From: Azolla caroliniana
Lineage: Eukaryota; Plantae; Polypodiophyta
Assembly: GCA_043228905.1 (NCBI GenBank)
Contig: JBHGNT010000018.1
Location: forward strand, 1,426,001 to 1,490,000
Length of the DNA: 64,000 nt
Direction of reading: 5' to 3'
Each line of letters begins with the position of its first letter. Within the stretch, counting starts at the first letter, position 1. The position numbers and the translations under genes are program-made. A model generated the notes under the pieces. The model was not told the DNA's origin. It did not search any database and was given only the letters and a program-made list of their open reading frames with translations. This document shows positions 53,354-64,000 of this stretch, piece by piece.

Positions 53354-53360
<7 letters not shown>
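52577..53360 (+). mobile_element. 3' end of an RTEX-like LINE between two (TC)n tracts
   Basis: MRLSSHALQCET...RLC...ESKYHTLIQC resembles the C-terminus of the 47206 LINE; 3' end GAAGACGATAATA plus (ATCT)n; both flanks read (TC)nGAC. Confidence 0.8.
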
Positions 53361-53415
<55 letters not shown>

Positions 53416-53416
<1 letters not shown>

Positions 53417-54016
53417 ACACAAATGAGCGCCTTAACAAGATTGAGTTAAAGGAAGCATTAAAAGAAGAAACATTAGACACGATGAGGCGGGATATAAGTG
53501 AGATTAAAAATGTATGTACAACGAAGTCATGGGCCGATGTATGTGGTGGGGATGGGGTATCAAACTCATTTAATATGTATGTTATGCATCAAGAGAAGAA
53601 TATATAAAGCATAGATGTTTGAGAATTGAAAGAACGTGAATGAAGATCAAATAACATTGTCATCCACGGGATTAAAGAGGAGAGTATGGAAACACCCGCT
53701 TCCCTCGGAAAGGCCATTGGTGAATTTTTTAGCATGCAGTATGGGATGTCGGATGTGAATGTATATGGGGCACACCGAGTTGGGAAACATGGTGTTACTT
53801 GCTTCGGAGAAAGTCCTATGGTATGCACAATTACGGATGATACAAAGCGGCAGATCATACTCGAAAATAGTTGGGTATACCTCAAAGGTACGCAATGCAT
53901 TGTGACTAAAGATCATACTATCTCACAATAAAATGCCCTTCGTAAAGCATATGGAGAAAGATTGAAAAATAAGGTTAAGGATGTGCTTAAATCTATGGAA
54001 ATGTAGGCAAATAGGG
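53416..54016 (+). mobile_element. LINE ORF1 remnant, continuing after the gypsy insertion
   Basis: NNIVIHGIKEE...AHRVGK...PMVCTI...LKGT pattern typical of LINE ORF1; starts directly after (TC)n. Confidence 0.7.
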
Positions 54017-54924
54017 TGTTATGTACACATAACGTTGGTGAGGGTAGGTCACTAATATTTACATTAGTGAAGGGTATGTTCACTATTATTAAAAAGGGGA
54101 CTAATGATTGGATAGAATGAATGATATGTGCATGCACTATCATGATTTAGACAACCAATGAATAGAGAGCCTTTTAGAAAGGCACATCTATTCAAGGGGC
54201 CTAGGAAAAGGTATAAATATGAGGCTTAGCTACCCTCATAGGGATCATCACGTCGGAAGGCTGCTGTCGTAGACACCGGTGGTGCGGGCTAGGCTTTCGT
54301 CTCGACGATCGTGTTTATCTCTTCCAAGGTATTAGTCATCCTAATATCCGGCGGTATGGGACGTCGGTGGTAGGTTGGTTATGTCTAGATCATAGCTCGG
54401 GGGTGGTCGGGTGGAACGGGTTCTTCTATCCAATCTATTTTCTTCCTTTTTACTTGATTTGGTCTATTGATTAGTAATAGACTCTTAACAGTGGTATCAG
54501 AGCTTTTACTAACAATTTTTTTGTTGTTTTGATGTTTTTTGCGTGTGAGCGAGGGGGATCTAACAAGGCTCGTCATGCTCTTCTCAGGATCAAAACAACA
54601 CTCTAAACCCGGTATTCTTCTTTTTTGATCTCTTCTCTTTTTCTATTATGCGTTCTTTATGGTCGAATCAAATTGGTATTACGTTTTATTCTCTTTCTTT
54701 CTACCTCCTACTATGCTACGATTTTACTTATTATTATGCATCGGGCCGAGCGTGTTTGCACTAATCGCACACGCTCAACTCATGGCCTTTTGCATATTGC
54801 GATATATATCCCACTCTCTCCTCTCTTGAACTCTTACGATAATAATTATTCTTGTGCATTGGGTCGAGCGTGTTTGCTCTAATCGCACACGCTTATCTCA
54901 TGGCCGTTTTGCATATGATGTTGA

Positions 54925-55255
54925 GTATACCACTCTTCCCCTCTATTGAGCCATCACTTGGCCGATTCTAAGGGATGATGTGGCCTTGAAGAGGTGTATG
55001 TTGCCTACCTATGCCACTCTACTCTCTATTAAGCCATCAATTGGCCGATTCTATGGGATGTTGTGGCCTTGACAAGGTATATGTAGCTTACATATGCCAC
55101 TTTCCTTTTTAATTAGCCATCAATTGGCCGATTCTAAGGGATGATGGGGCCTTGATGAGGTATATGTCACTTACCTATGCCACTTTCCTCTTTAATTAGC
55201 CATTACTTGGCCGATTCTAGGGATATGTGGTGGTCTTGAGGAGGTGCATGTCAAC
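54925..55255. repeat. ~83-bp tandem repeat (4 copies) in the gypsy 5' leader
   Basis: TTGGCCGATTCTA(A/T)GGGATG..GTGGCCTTGA recurs at ~54958, 55041, 55124, 55207. Confidence 0.85.
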
Positions 55256-56243
55256 TACCCTAGGGTTTCGTATCTTAGGGCATGTTTGATTCCATACACC
55301 TAATTGTTGATTATTCTAATTAAATTTTAATTTCATAAGTATTGTTTCACTTATATGATTTTCTAGTAATTATTATTTACCCGCCCACAATTAACTCTCC
55401 TTTTTCCACTTCCTTTTCGTGTATAAAGTATTTACATCGTTTATTTTTAATGTAACCTTTACGTGTAGACTATTTTTTCGTAGGGAGTGGCTTGTTGAAC
55501 GATTTTTTTTTCAACGGGTCATCTAGGTTTAACTCTTATCATCAAGCCTTAGAAAACGAGTAAAACCATATGAGTTCCCTTATTGATGTTTTACTCATGG
55601 ATTTGAGTATTACATCTTTGCGCACAACACCGTCATCACTTGTATCAATTTGAGGCTTATGTCACAATTGTGCAAGTTATAACAATCATATTGGGATGTA
55701 TATGTGCATACCTTGCACTTCCCATTTATTTGTGACATTGTTTTTTTCGTAGGTAACACATGGGTTCTTTTTTTTACCCTTGTTTTCGTCACTACTTAAC
55801 TCTTATGAGTAGTGCCTTATTTTATCATTTTATCATCACGTTTGCTTATTGCTCGCAAGACTAGAATATTACTTGTGAGTGCACTTGTTTTTTCACGTAA
55901 TACACTTTCTCGACCATATAATACATGATGGGTTGGCATTAATATAAGGCTATCTAGGAAATTTCATTGATGTAAGAACCATGGTTGAGCCTCGGGGAGC
56001 CGCCATGATTACTCAAGATAGAGATCCGAGAAATACATCTTAGCTATGTTTTCCCCCATGGTTTTTAAAACACCATAGTGTTACCATAGTTATCGGATCT
56101 CGAATCACATCTCATATGTCTAGAGGGGTAAAGACATGAGATACTTTCTTGGATAAAGTTCTTTCAATCAAAATTTCAAGCATTCATTTTGCTTGTGTAT
56201 TTTCTGAACCTCCTTATTTTATTGCATACCCACAGCGTGCATC

Positions 56244-57215
56244 ATGGAACAAGTTTTGAACGCAGTTGGAACGATCTCTCCAAATGAGACCTCTCAACCC
56301 CAATCCGCATCTCGCACACAAGCTGAGATCACTATTGAGCAATTGCTCACTACTACCTTGAATCAATTGGCCGAAATGAGACAGGCCAATATGGCATTGG
56401 AAAAGAAATTCCAAGAATTAACTATTGAGTCCAAGAAAGAAGGTGAACCTTCCTTCGTAGTCACGCCTTTCAAGGGAGATAAGAAAGAAAGAACCGAGGA
56501 GGCCATTAGCACTTGGCTTGGTCGTTGGGAGTCTCACTTTGAGCTTCATCCCAAGCCCGATGCAGTAAAAATTGGTTATGTCGGTCGTGAGTTAGGTGGC
56601 CGAGCTGCTGCTTGGTGGCGTGGCCTAAGGACCGCAAAAAACTTACCCACAACTTGGGAAGGTTTCGTTGATGTTTTTAAGAAACAATTCTTGCAGCCAC
56701 CTTCTCAAACCGAACAAGCGCAACACTTGCTCACATTGTCTAGTAAGCCAGTTACCTCTCTCGAGGATTATGTGCATCACGCTCGGACCCAGATCCAAAA
56801 ATCGGGACTTACGGGTGAGAAATGGTTTGTCGCTTGTTTTTTGAATGGTATTCCCAATGGGGATTATCATTGGATTGTCCATGACAAGGACCCCACAACT
56901 TTCGAGGAAGCCGTCAACATTGTGCTGCGATACCATAGGACTTCCAAGAAAGACCACAATAAACCTGAGTTCGCCAAAACTCCGAATGTCAAGTTCATTG
57001 GGAAACGTAAGCAATCCAGTGACACTCTTGACCGCGACTCAAAGAAACCGAACCTCTTCTGTGCATATTGCAAGAAGCGGGGCCACACAAAGGATACCTG
57101 TCGTCGTCTTGAGAGGAAGTCAATGAACACCCCTCCTCAAGACAAATCTACGAGTCACACAGGTGAGTCTTGTGATATTGTTGAAGTTCATACCAATCAC
57201 TTTAAGTTTATGTGA
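56244..57215 (+). CDS. gag: Gypsy Gag (323 aa)
   Basis: [25 protein letters not shown] knuckle [14 protein letters not shown]. Confidence 0.92.
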   Translation: MEQVLNAVGTISPNETSQPQSASRTQAEITIEQLLTTTLNQLAEMRQANMALEKKFQELTIESKKEGEPSFVVTPFKGDKKERTEEAISTWLGRWESHFELHPKPDAVKIGYVGRELGGRAAAWWRGLRTAKNLPTTWEGFVDVFKKQFLQPPSQTEQAQHLLTLSSKPVTSLEDYVHHARTQIQKSGLTGEKWFVACFLNGIPNGDYHWIVHDKDPTTFEEAVNIVLRYHRTSKKDHNKPEFAKTPNVKFIGKRKQSSDTLDRDSKKPNLFCAYCKKRGHTKDTCRRLERKSMNTPPQDKSTSHTGESCDIVEVHTNHFKFM

Positions 57216-60200
57216 AAGCACTTTTCCTTCACATTTACTTGGACCTAATGATTTACTCCGAGCAGTCGGATATATCAATGGAACACAAGCACATTTCTTG
57301 TTTGATTCCAGTAGTTCTCACAATTTTCTTAATGATCACTTTGTGCAGCAAATGGAGCTCCACATAAACGCAAGTGATCATATCTATCAAGTTCACATGG
57401 CAAATGGAAACGTTCAATACATCAGTGGCATTGTTTGTCAACTGCCAATTCAAATAGATACTTATTTGGAGAAGCTTGACTTTCATGTTATGAAATTACA
57501 ATCCGCAGATGTCATTTTAGGATATCGTTGGTTTTTTAATAAAAACCCTTCTTTGTCCATTGATTGGGTTAATCACTCAATCACATTTGAACTTAATAAT
57601 TGTAAACATTTTATTCAATGTTCCAAACTTCCTTCTCATTCACTTGTGTCTTCTAAATCTTTAAGTGAGTATTCTAGTTCATTAATTTATTCGTGTGTAA
57701 TTGATCCTACGGTTCAATTTTATTATTTTAATATTGACGCCACACAATTACCACATTTTGAGCAACGATTACTCGACTCTATTTTAGAGGATTTTCAAGA
57801 TGTGTTTCCTACTGAATTACCACTTACTTTACCACCTAAACGTAATGTGGACCATCAAATTGAACTCATCCCTGGGGCTGCTCCTGTGAGCATTCCACCT
57901 TACCGACTTAGTCGATTAGAAGAGGATGAGATCGCTAAACAACTTAAGGAATACTTGAGTATGGGCCACATTAGGTATAGTAAATCACCTTGGGGTGCGC
58001 CAGTTCTATTAGTCAAGAAGAAGGAAGGTTCGTGGCGAATGTGTATCAATTATCGCCCTTTGAATAAAATGACAATTAAGAATGCATATCCATTACCTCG
58101 TGCCGATGATTTGATTGATCGTTTGCACGGGGCTCGATATTTTACGAAAATTGACTTACGAACTGGTTATCATCAGATTCGCATCGCCGAGGATGATATT
58201 CCTAAAACCGCTTTTCGTACGCGCTATGGCCATTATGAGTTTTTAGTCATGCCATTTGGGTTGACTAATGCTCCAGCCACATTCCAACAAGCGATGAATG
58301 ATGTTTTCCGAGATCAACTCGGTGATTTTGTTGTCGTCTTCTTGGATGATATTTTGATATATAGCCGTACCTTGCAAGATCATGTTCAACATGTTCGATT
58401 TGTTTTGCGAAAGTTGCGTGACAACTCTTTCTATGCAAAACATTCAAAATGTGACTTCTTCCAAAAATCTATTGTGTACCTAGGTCATTTAATTACAGAA
58501 AATGGCGTTGAAATTGAACCTTCTCGTATTGAAAAGGTTAAACTTTGGCCCATTCCTCGTAATATTCGTGAACTTAGATCATTCTTAGGGTTTGTTGGAT
58601 TTTTACGAAAATCAATTCGTAACTATTCCAAATTGACTACGCCATTAACTGACCTTTTAAAAGGTCATCCACGTAAGTCTGTCAAACCAATTTCATGGAA
58701 TGAACAACTTGACAAATCATTTGAGACACTCAAGGAGCATGTGTGTCAGGCTCCCACTCTTCTATTACCAGACCCTTCTAAGCCTTTCTCAATTGAAACC
58801 GATGCTAGTGATTATGCTATTGGTGCCGTTCTTTATCAAGGTGGTCACCCTATCGCTTTTGAAAGTAAGAAGCTTGATGCTGCTCAATCTCGGTATTCGG
58901 TTCAAGAGAAAGAGTTGTTTACGGTGATACACGCACTTAAAACATGGAGGCACTATCTCTATGGAAATAAATTTGTGGTTACAACAGACCATCAATCATT
59001 AAAGTATTTTTGTGACCAGCCCGATCTTGTTGGTCGTAAAGGCCGTTGGGCTGACCTTATGCAAGATTTTGATTTTTCCATACGATATCGCAAGGGTTCT
59101 ATGAACACCGTTGCTGATGCTCTTAGTCGCATTAAAGAAGTTAACATGCTTAGCTTCACGGAAATAAAATCTGATCTTTTAGATCACCTTCGAGGGAAAT
59201 ACCTTGATGATAGTTATTTCTCAAAATACTGGACGAAAGCCGAATCTGGTTTAGATGCCGATACTAGCACCCTACCCTCGAAGGCGACCTTTCACATTAC
59301 AAACGGTTTGCTCTACCGTAGTGGAAAGGTCTGTGTTCCAGATTTACCAAATGTTAAACAGAAAATTTTTCATGAATGTCATGATGCACCATCTGCTGGT
59401 CATCCTGGAATACAACGCACACTCGTTCTCATCTCGTGTACTTTTTTCTGGCCTAAGATGCGCTCTGACGTGCATAAATACGTAACTCAATGCTTACAAT
59501 GTCAGATTAATAAGTCGGAACGACTTAAAGCTGTTGGTCTTTTACATCCCTTAGATATTCCCAACAATAAATGGGAAAGTATCTCGATGGATTTTATTGT
59601 TAGTTTACCTCGTACACAGAGGGGTCATGATGCCATATGGGTTGTCGTTGACAGGCTAACAAAATTAGCTAGATTTATTCCTACAGAAACCACGGTAACC
59701 GCTCAACAGTTGGCTTATCAATTTGTTGATGAGTTATTTCGTTTTTATGGATTACCGATGGATATTGTTAGTGATCGAGATTCCAAGTTTACTAGTGACT
59801 TTTGGACTCAGGTCTTTAAGAAACTAGAAACTACGTTGAGCATGAGTTCCGCAGATCATCCTCAGTCTGATGGACAAACTGAACGAGTTAATCAAATTAT
59901 TGAGGACATGCTTCGAGCTTATGTAGCAAAAACCCCTTCTAAGTGGGAGCAATACCTTCCTATCTTAGAATTTGCCTATAATAGCTCTAAACATACATCC
60001 ACTGGATATAGTCCTTTTATGTTGATGTATGGTTTTCAGCCACGTGCCCCAGTTGATGTCACGATTCATCGTGATACATTAGACAGTACACGCAATTTTT
60101 TGCAAGACATGAACCAAATGTTGCATATTGCCAAAGAAAATGTCAAGACAGCTCAAGATCGTGCTCGATTTTATGCTGATCAGGATAGACGTCCTCGTGC

Positions 60201-60648
60201 ATTTACTATTGGTCAAAAAGTTTTTTTGCGTGTCCCGACTGATTCTACATCATTATCTACGGGCAAGTGCGCTAAGTTAGCCCCACGATATTGTGGCCCA
60301 TTTGAAATCCTTAAGCGAGTTGGGTCATCTGCTTATCACCTTGCCTTACCTCGTAACGTTGGTATTCATCCTGTTTTTCACGTCAGTCGTCTAAAACCAT
60401 TTTTAGGCTCTGGTGATAACACCATCACAATCCAAGATCTTGTAACATTAGAGGATTTTTCTTACAAACCTCATGTTCCTGAACGAATTCTTGATTCTCG
60501 TACTAAACGTTTACGTTCTAAAGAGATTCGGCTATTCAAGATCAAATGGATGGATAAACCTATTGATGATGCCACATGGGAACGCGAGCATTCGCTTAAG
60601 GCACAATTTCCTCACTTTATATTGCAAGAGTGCAATCTTTTGAAGTAG
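57163..60648 (+). CDS. pol: Gypsy Pol: protease, RT, RNaseH, integrase, chromodomain
   Basis: [50 protein letters not shown] zinc finger, DDE (SMDF, SDRD, GQTE), GPF, chromodomain PERILD..KIKW...DATWE; true start unknown (no ATG at 57163). Confidence 0.93.
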   Translation: MSLVILLKFIPITLSLCESTFPSHLLGPNDLLRAVGYINGTQAHFLFDSSSSHNFLNDHFVQQMELHINASDHIYQVHMANGNVQYISGIVCQLPIQIDTYLEKLDFHVMKLQSADVILGYRWFFNKNPSLSIDWVNHSITFELNNCKHFIQCSKLPSHSLVSSKSLSEYSSSLIYSCVIDPTVQFYYFNIDATQLPHFEQRLLDSILEDFQDVFPTELPLTLPPKRNVDHQIELIPGAAPVSIPPYRLSRLEEDEIAKQLKEYLSMGHIRYSKSPWGAPVLLVKKKEGSWRMCINYRPLNKMTIKNAYPLPRADDLIDRLHGARYFTKIDLRTGYHQIRIAEDDIPKTAFRTRYGHYEFLVMPFGLTNAPATFQQAMNDVFRDQLGDFVVVFLDDILIYSRTLQDHVQHVRFVLRKLRDNSFYAKHSKCDFFQKSIVYLGHLITENGVEIEPSRIEKVKLWPIPRNIRELRSFLGFVGFLRKSIRNYSKLTTPLTDLLKGHPRKSVKPISWNEQLDKSFETLKEHVCQAPTLLLPDPSKPFSIETDASDYAIGAVLYQGGHPIAFESKKLDAAQSRYSVQEKELFTVIHALKTWRHYLYGNKFVVTTDHQSLKYFCDQPDLVGRKGRWADLMQDFDFSIRYRKGSMNTVADALSRIKEVNMLSFTEIKSDLLDHLRGKYLDDSYFSKYWTKAESGLDADTSTLPSKATFHITNGLLYRSGKVCVPDLPNVKQKIFHECHDAPSAGHPGIQRTLVLISCTFFWPKMRSDVHKYVTQCLQCQINKSERLKAVGLLHPLDIPNNKWESISMDFIVSLPRTQRGHDAIWVVVDRLTKLARFIPTETTVTAQQLAYQFVDELFRFYGLPMDIVSDRDSKFTSDFWTQVFKKLETTLSMSSADHPQSDGQTERVNQIIEDMLRAYVAKTPSKWEQYLPILEFAYNSSKHTSTGYSPFMLMYGFQPRAPVDVTIHRDTLDSTRNFLQDMNQMLHIAKENVKTAQDRARFYADQDRRPRAFTIGQKVFLRVPTDSTSLSTGKCAKLAPRYCGPFEILKRVGSSAYHLALPRNVGIHPVFHVSRLKPFLGSGDNTITIQDLVTLEDFSYKPHVPERILDSRTKRLRSKEIRLFKIKWMDKPIDDATWEREHSLKAQFPHFILQECNLLK

Positions 60649-61134
60649 GGGAGTATGTTATGTACACATAACGTTGGTGAGGGTAGGTCACTAATATTTA
60701 CATTAGTGAAGGGTATGTTCACTATTATTAAAAAGGGGACTAATGATTGGATAGAATGAATGATATGTGCATGCACTATCATGATTTAGACAACCAATGA
60801 ATAGAGAGCCTTTTAGAAAGGCACATCTATTCAAGGGGCCTAGGAAAAGGTATAAATATGAGGCTTAGCTACCCTCATAGGGATCATCACGTCGGAAGGC
60901 TGCTGTCGTAGACACCGGTGGTGCGGGCTAGGCTTTCGTCTCGACGATCGTGTTTATCTCTTCCAAGGTATTAGTCATCCTAATATCCGGCGGTATGGGA
61001 CGTCGGTGGTAGGTTGGTTATGTCTAGATCATAGCTCGGGGGTGGTCGGGTGGAACGGGTTCTTCTATCCAATCTATTTTCTTCCTTTTTACTTGATTTG
61101 GTCTATTGATTAGTAATAGACTCTTAACATAGGG

Positions 61135-63106
61135 ACACGTGACCTATGAGACTAACCCACGTCTTTTACGACTATGCTTTTTGAATTGCAATGGATACCC
61201 ATGGAATGCAGGATTGGCATAGAGGAGTTCATCAATGACTCAGATATTACACTTCTTGTTGAAACATGGGAGCATGATACTCAAAGGATTCAAGGTTTAG
61301 GAAACTATAATGTACACTCTTTGATATGGGAGAAAAATCCAAGACAAAGAAGAGGACAAGGAGGGGTGGCATGTTTGATTAAGAAGGAAATAAAGAAATA
61401 TGTGTCAATAGTAAAAAATGATGAACTTAAATGCTACATATGGCTCAAAATAGAAATACCTAATGATTTTCCCACTTTTGTAGTTGGATGTTACATTCCT
61501 CATCAAGATTCTAACTTTTATGTTTGTTTGGATAAAGATCAACCGTTTGCCAATCTAGAAGATGATATTACTTATTTCAAATTCAAAGGGGAAGTTATTG
61601 TCTTTGGTGACATGTGTCAAGATTCGAACTCTTGACATGACCATGTTATAATCGAGTGTTATGTGTTAACCACACATCTAGCATATAATCATGTATATAC
61701 TTCCTCATTGTAGGTTTTAGCTAGTTCCTGGTGAGGGCCACATGGTCGCTCACGCCCGTTTGTGTTCCTGTTGCCGGTGAGGGTCACATGGTCGCTCACT
61801 CCCGTTCGTGTTCCAATCTCTGGTGAGGACCACACATGGCTGCTCACTCCAACTATTGTTCGTGTTCCAGATCCCAGTGAGGACCGACATGGTCGCTCAT
61901 GCCCGTTGTTGTTCATATTCTAGTTCCTGGTGAGGACCACACATGGTCGATTACTCCCGTTCGTGTTCCTGTTCCCGGTGAGGGCCACATGGTCGCTCAC
62001 TCGTTCGTGTTCCATTTCTCAGTGAGGACAACATGGTCGCTCATGCCCATTGGTGTTAAATACCTCGTCTTGTGGAAGGGTTACTCCTTGTCTAGGATTT
62101 ACAAAATACTTTAGAGGTGATCTAAGATTTTCATCAACAATATCCCCTTAAGCCGACAAACGATTTGGAAGCCATCGTTGGAGGGGGGATAATGTCAAGA
62201 TTCGAACTCTTGACATGACCATGTTATAATCAAGTGTTATGTGTTAACCACACATCTAGCATATAATCATATGTATATACTTCCTCATTGTAGGTTTTAG
62301 CTAGCATCATGTGCATAATTTCTCCCTTGTATTATTTACTCTTGGCACATGCATGCGTACCTACTGCCGACATGCTCTATTGTATCACATGCGTGCAACA
62401 GGTATGCATGCCACTTAGTATAAATAGTTGAGTTCACCTTGAAGGAATTCAAGGTGAACAACGCCAGTCATGGACATATCAATCTAGTATTCTCATTTCA
62501 CCCATCTTCTCTCCTTAATCTTCATCTCTATCTTTATGCTCTTGTGTTATTCCGTCATCGCTCCGTCGTAGCCTCATCATCCGTGCTTCGTCTTAGTTCG
62601 CACTTGGTGTGTCCGTGACAGTATGAATGCTCGTACAAGAAGTTTCCAACTTGATTCACAAGAATCTTTCATGCCATATATCTCAAGGATGCAAGAGGAT
62701 ATGCAAATGTATAGCCACTCTTCTAGTGAGGAAAAAGATCCGGACCAATTTGGGAAACTCCTACAAATCTGCAATAGTACCCGATTGCTTATTGCAAATG
62801 GTGTTTCCTTATGGCCCAACACTAATGGTTTTACATGTAGAAAACACAATGGAAATAGTGTGATTGACTATGTGCTACTTTCTGAAGGTATTTTGAATCA
62901 TATACATAAATTCTCACTTGGTGAATAGACACCGAAATCCGATCATAGGACTTTGTGTATTGATCTCAAATGTATGCATAGGTTTGATTGTGAGAAGGCC
63001 ATTAAAGATAGTAAACAACCTCACTTGAGCATGAACCTTAAGCGAGACATATTCCAAGATAGTTGAGGATATGTTACAAATGACAAAGATACAACATGTT
63101 GCCACA
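61135..63106 (+). mobile_element. LINE endonuclease region, interrupted by an LTR element
   Basis: DITLLVETW, GQGGVACLIK, GCYIP, VFGDM|NARTR split by the insertion, SVIDYVLLS, SDHR. Confidence 0.88.
61615..62620 (+). mobile_element. Non-autonomous LTR element: truncated LTR, tandem repeats, PPT, complete LTR (62193-62620)
   Basis: TGTCAAGATTCGAACTC starts at 61615 and 62193; ~7 copies of a ~46-55-bp repeat at 61725-62050; PPT GGAGGGGGGAT; ends GTGACA; degenerate TSD ACATG/GTATG. Confidence 0.8.
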
Positions 63107-63606
63107 TGTCATAGACACACCAAGCGCAGACTAGGACGGAGCACAGATGATGGGACTACGTTGTTACGGGCATGACCATATAATATCCCGTGGTGAGAAT
63201 TTACCATAGTATTCTATACACGTGGATAAGTGTGGGGGTTAAACGAGAGTGTAAAGAAGGGGAGGATTACTTTTAATCCTCGGGATTGAGACAGCCCATT
63301 AGGCCAAGTGTGAACTTGCTTGGGGCCTTGGGAATCGCTATAAATAAGAGGCCTAGCTACCCTCATTTCATTATCTTGTTTACTACGTCAAGACTCTGTC
63401 TTGTGGTGGGTCAACTCTTGTAGTGAGCGCGCCAGCACCAGGTACGACTCGACGCCACGACGGTGGTATGGGACGCTGATCAAGGCTCGAGTCTATCTCG
63501 ATCCCTTCGCTCGGATGTGGTCGGGTGGATTGGCACCCTTCTTTCTCTCTCTCCTTTCTATCTATTTATCTTTATTCTATCCTTATCTAATGCTTACATT
63601 AGTCTA
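63107..63606 (+). mobile_element. LTR related to the chromovirus LTR, interrupted
   Basis: Starts TGTCA; shares TATAAAT..GAGGC.TAGCTACCCTCAT with the 54017 LTR. Confidence 0.65.
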
Positions 63607-64000
63607 TGTCTCTAATATACGTAGCGACGGATGAACTTCGCAAGGCAAGGAACTCTAGATGTTGTGAGTGACATGAGGGCATGAAGACAGAAATGAAGAT
63701 CAAGGAGACAAAGATGAGGTGAAACGAGAATACTAGATTTATGTGTCAATGACTAGTGTTGAATCCCTTGAAAGGGATCAAGGAGGTTACAAGTATTTAT
63801 ACAAGTTTCGAGATTGAATATCTCTAGAATATACTTGAGAAATATCTCTAGAATATACCATACAATATTTCCAGAATATACTAACAAGTAGAATATTCTA
63901 ATCCTGAAATGTACTATATGCTAGACTATACAATACAAAACCATTATATACAAATACTTGTTCATATCAAAATGGTCGAGCATGATATCTTGTTGATGTG
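63607..64000 (-). mobile_element. Reverse-oriented LTR related to 62193-62620, running off the window
   Basis: Reverse complement of 63675-63760 resembles 62460-62545 (AATCTAGTATTCTC.TTTCACC.CATCTT). Confidence 0.65.

Larger units (their letters stand above)
54017..61129 (+). mobile_element. Full-length Ty3/gypsy chromovirus with identical 474-bp LTRs
   Basis: LTRs 54017-54490 and 60656-61129 (TG..CA); TSD TAGGG; PBS TGGTATCAGAGC 54492-54503; PPT GAAGTAGGGGAG before the 3' LTR. Confidence 0.97.

Overview
Repeat-rich land-plant nuclear DNA. A non-seed plant such as a fern is plausible from the TE repertoire, but that is inference. The genic core is a minus-strand tandem cluster of intronless L-type (legume) lectin receptor-like kinases: three intact copies (8562-10844, 20343-22625, 30714-32990) and three pseudogenes or fragments (12706-14419, 24487-25583, 50423-51000). 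Two apparently identical multi-kb duplications (offsets 11,781 and 22,152 bp) and three readable switch points make copy 1 a chimeric receptor. The rest is nested TEs: decayed Ty1/copia elements, solo LTRs with TSDs, a complete chromodomain Ty3/gypsy element with identical LTRs, two hAT-type MITE families, a Pack-MULE carrying a DUF620-like gene fragment, a palindrome-rich foldback-like element, an L1-like non-coding retroposon, and several RTEX-like LINEs that repeatedly sit in (TC)n microsatellites. No rRNA, tRNA or CRISPR was seen. All sequence comparisons were made by eye.
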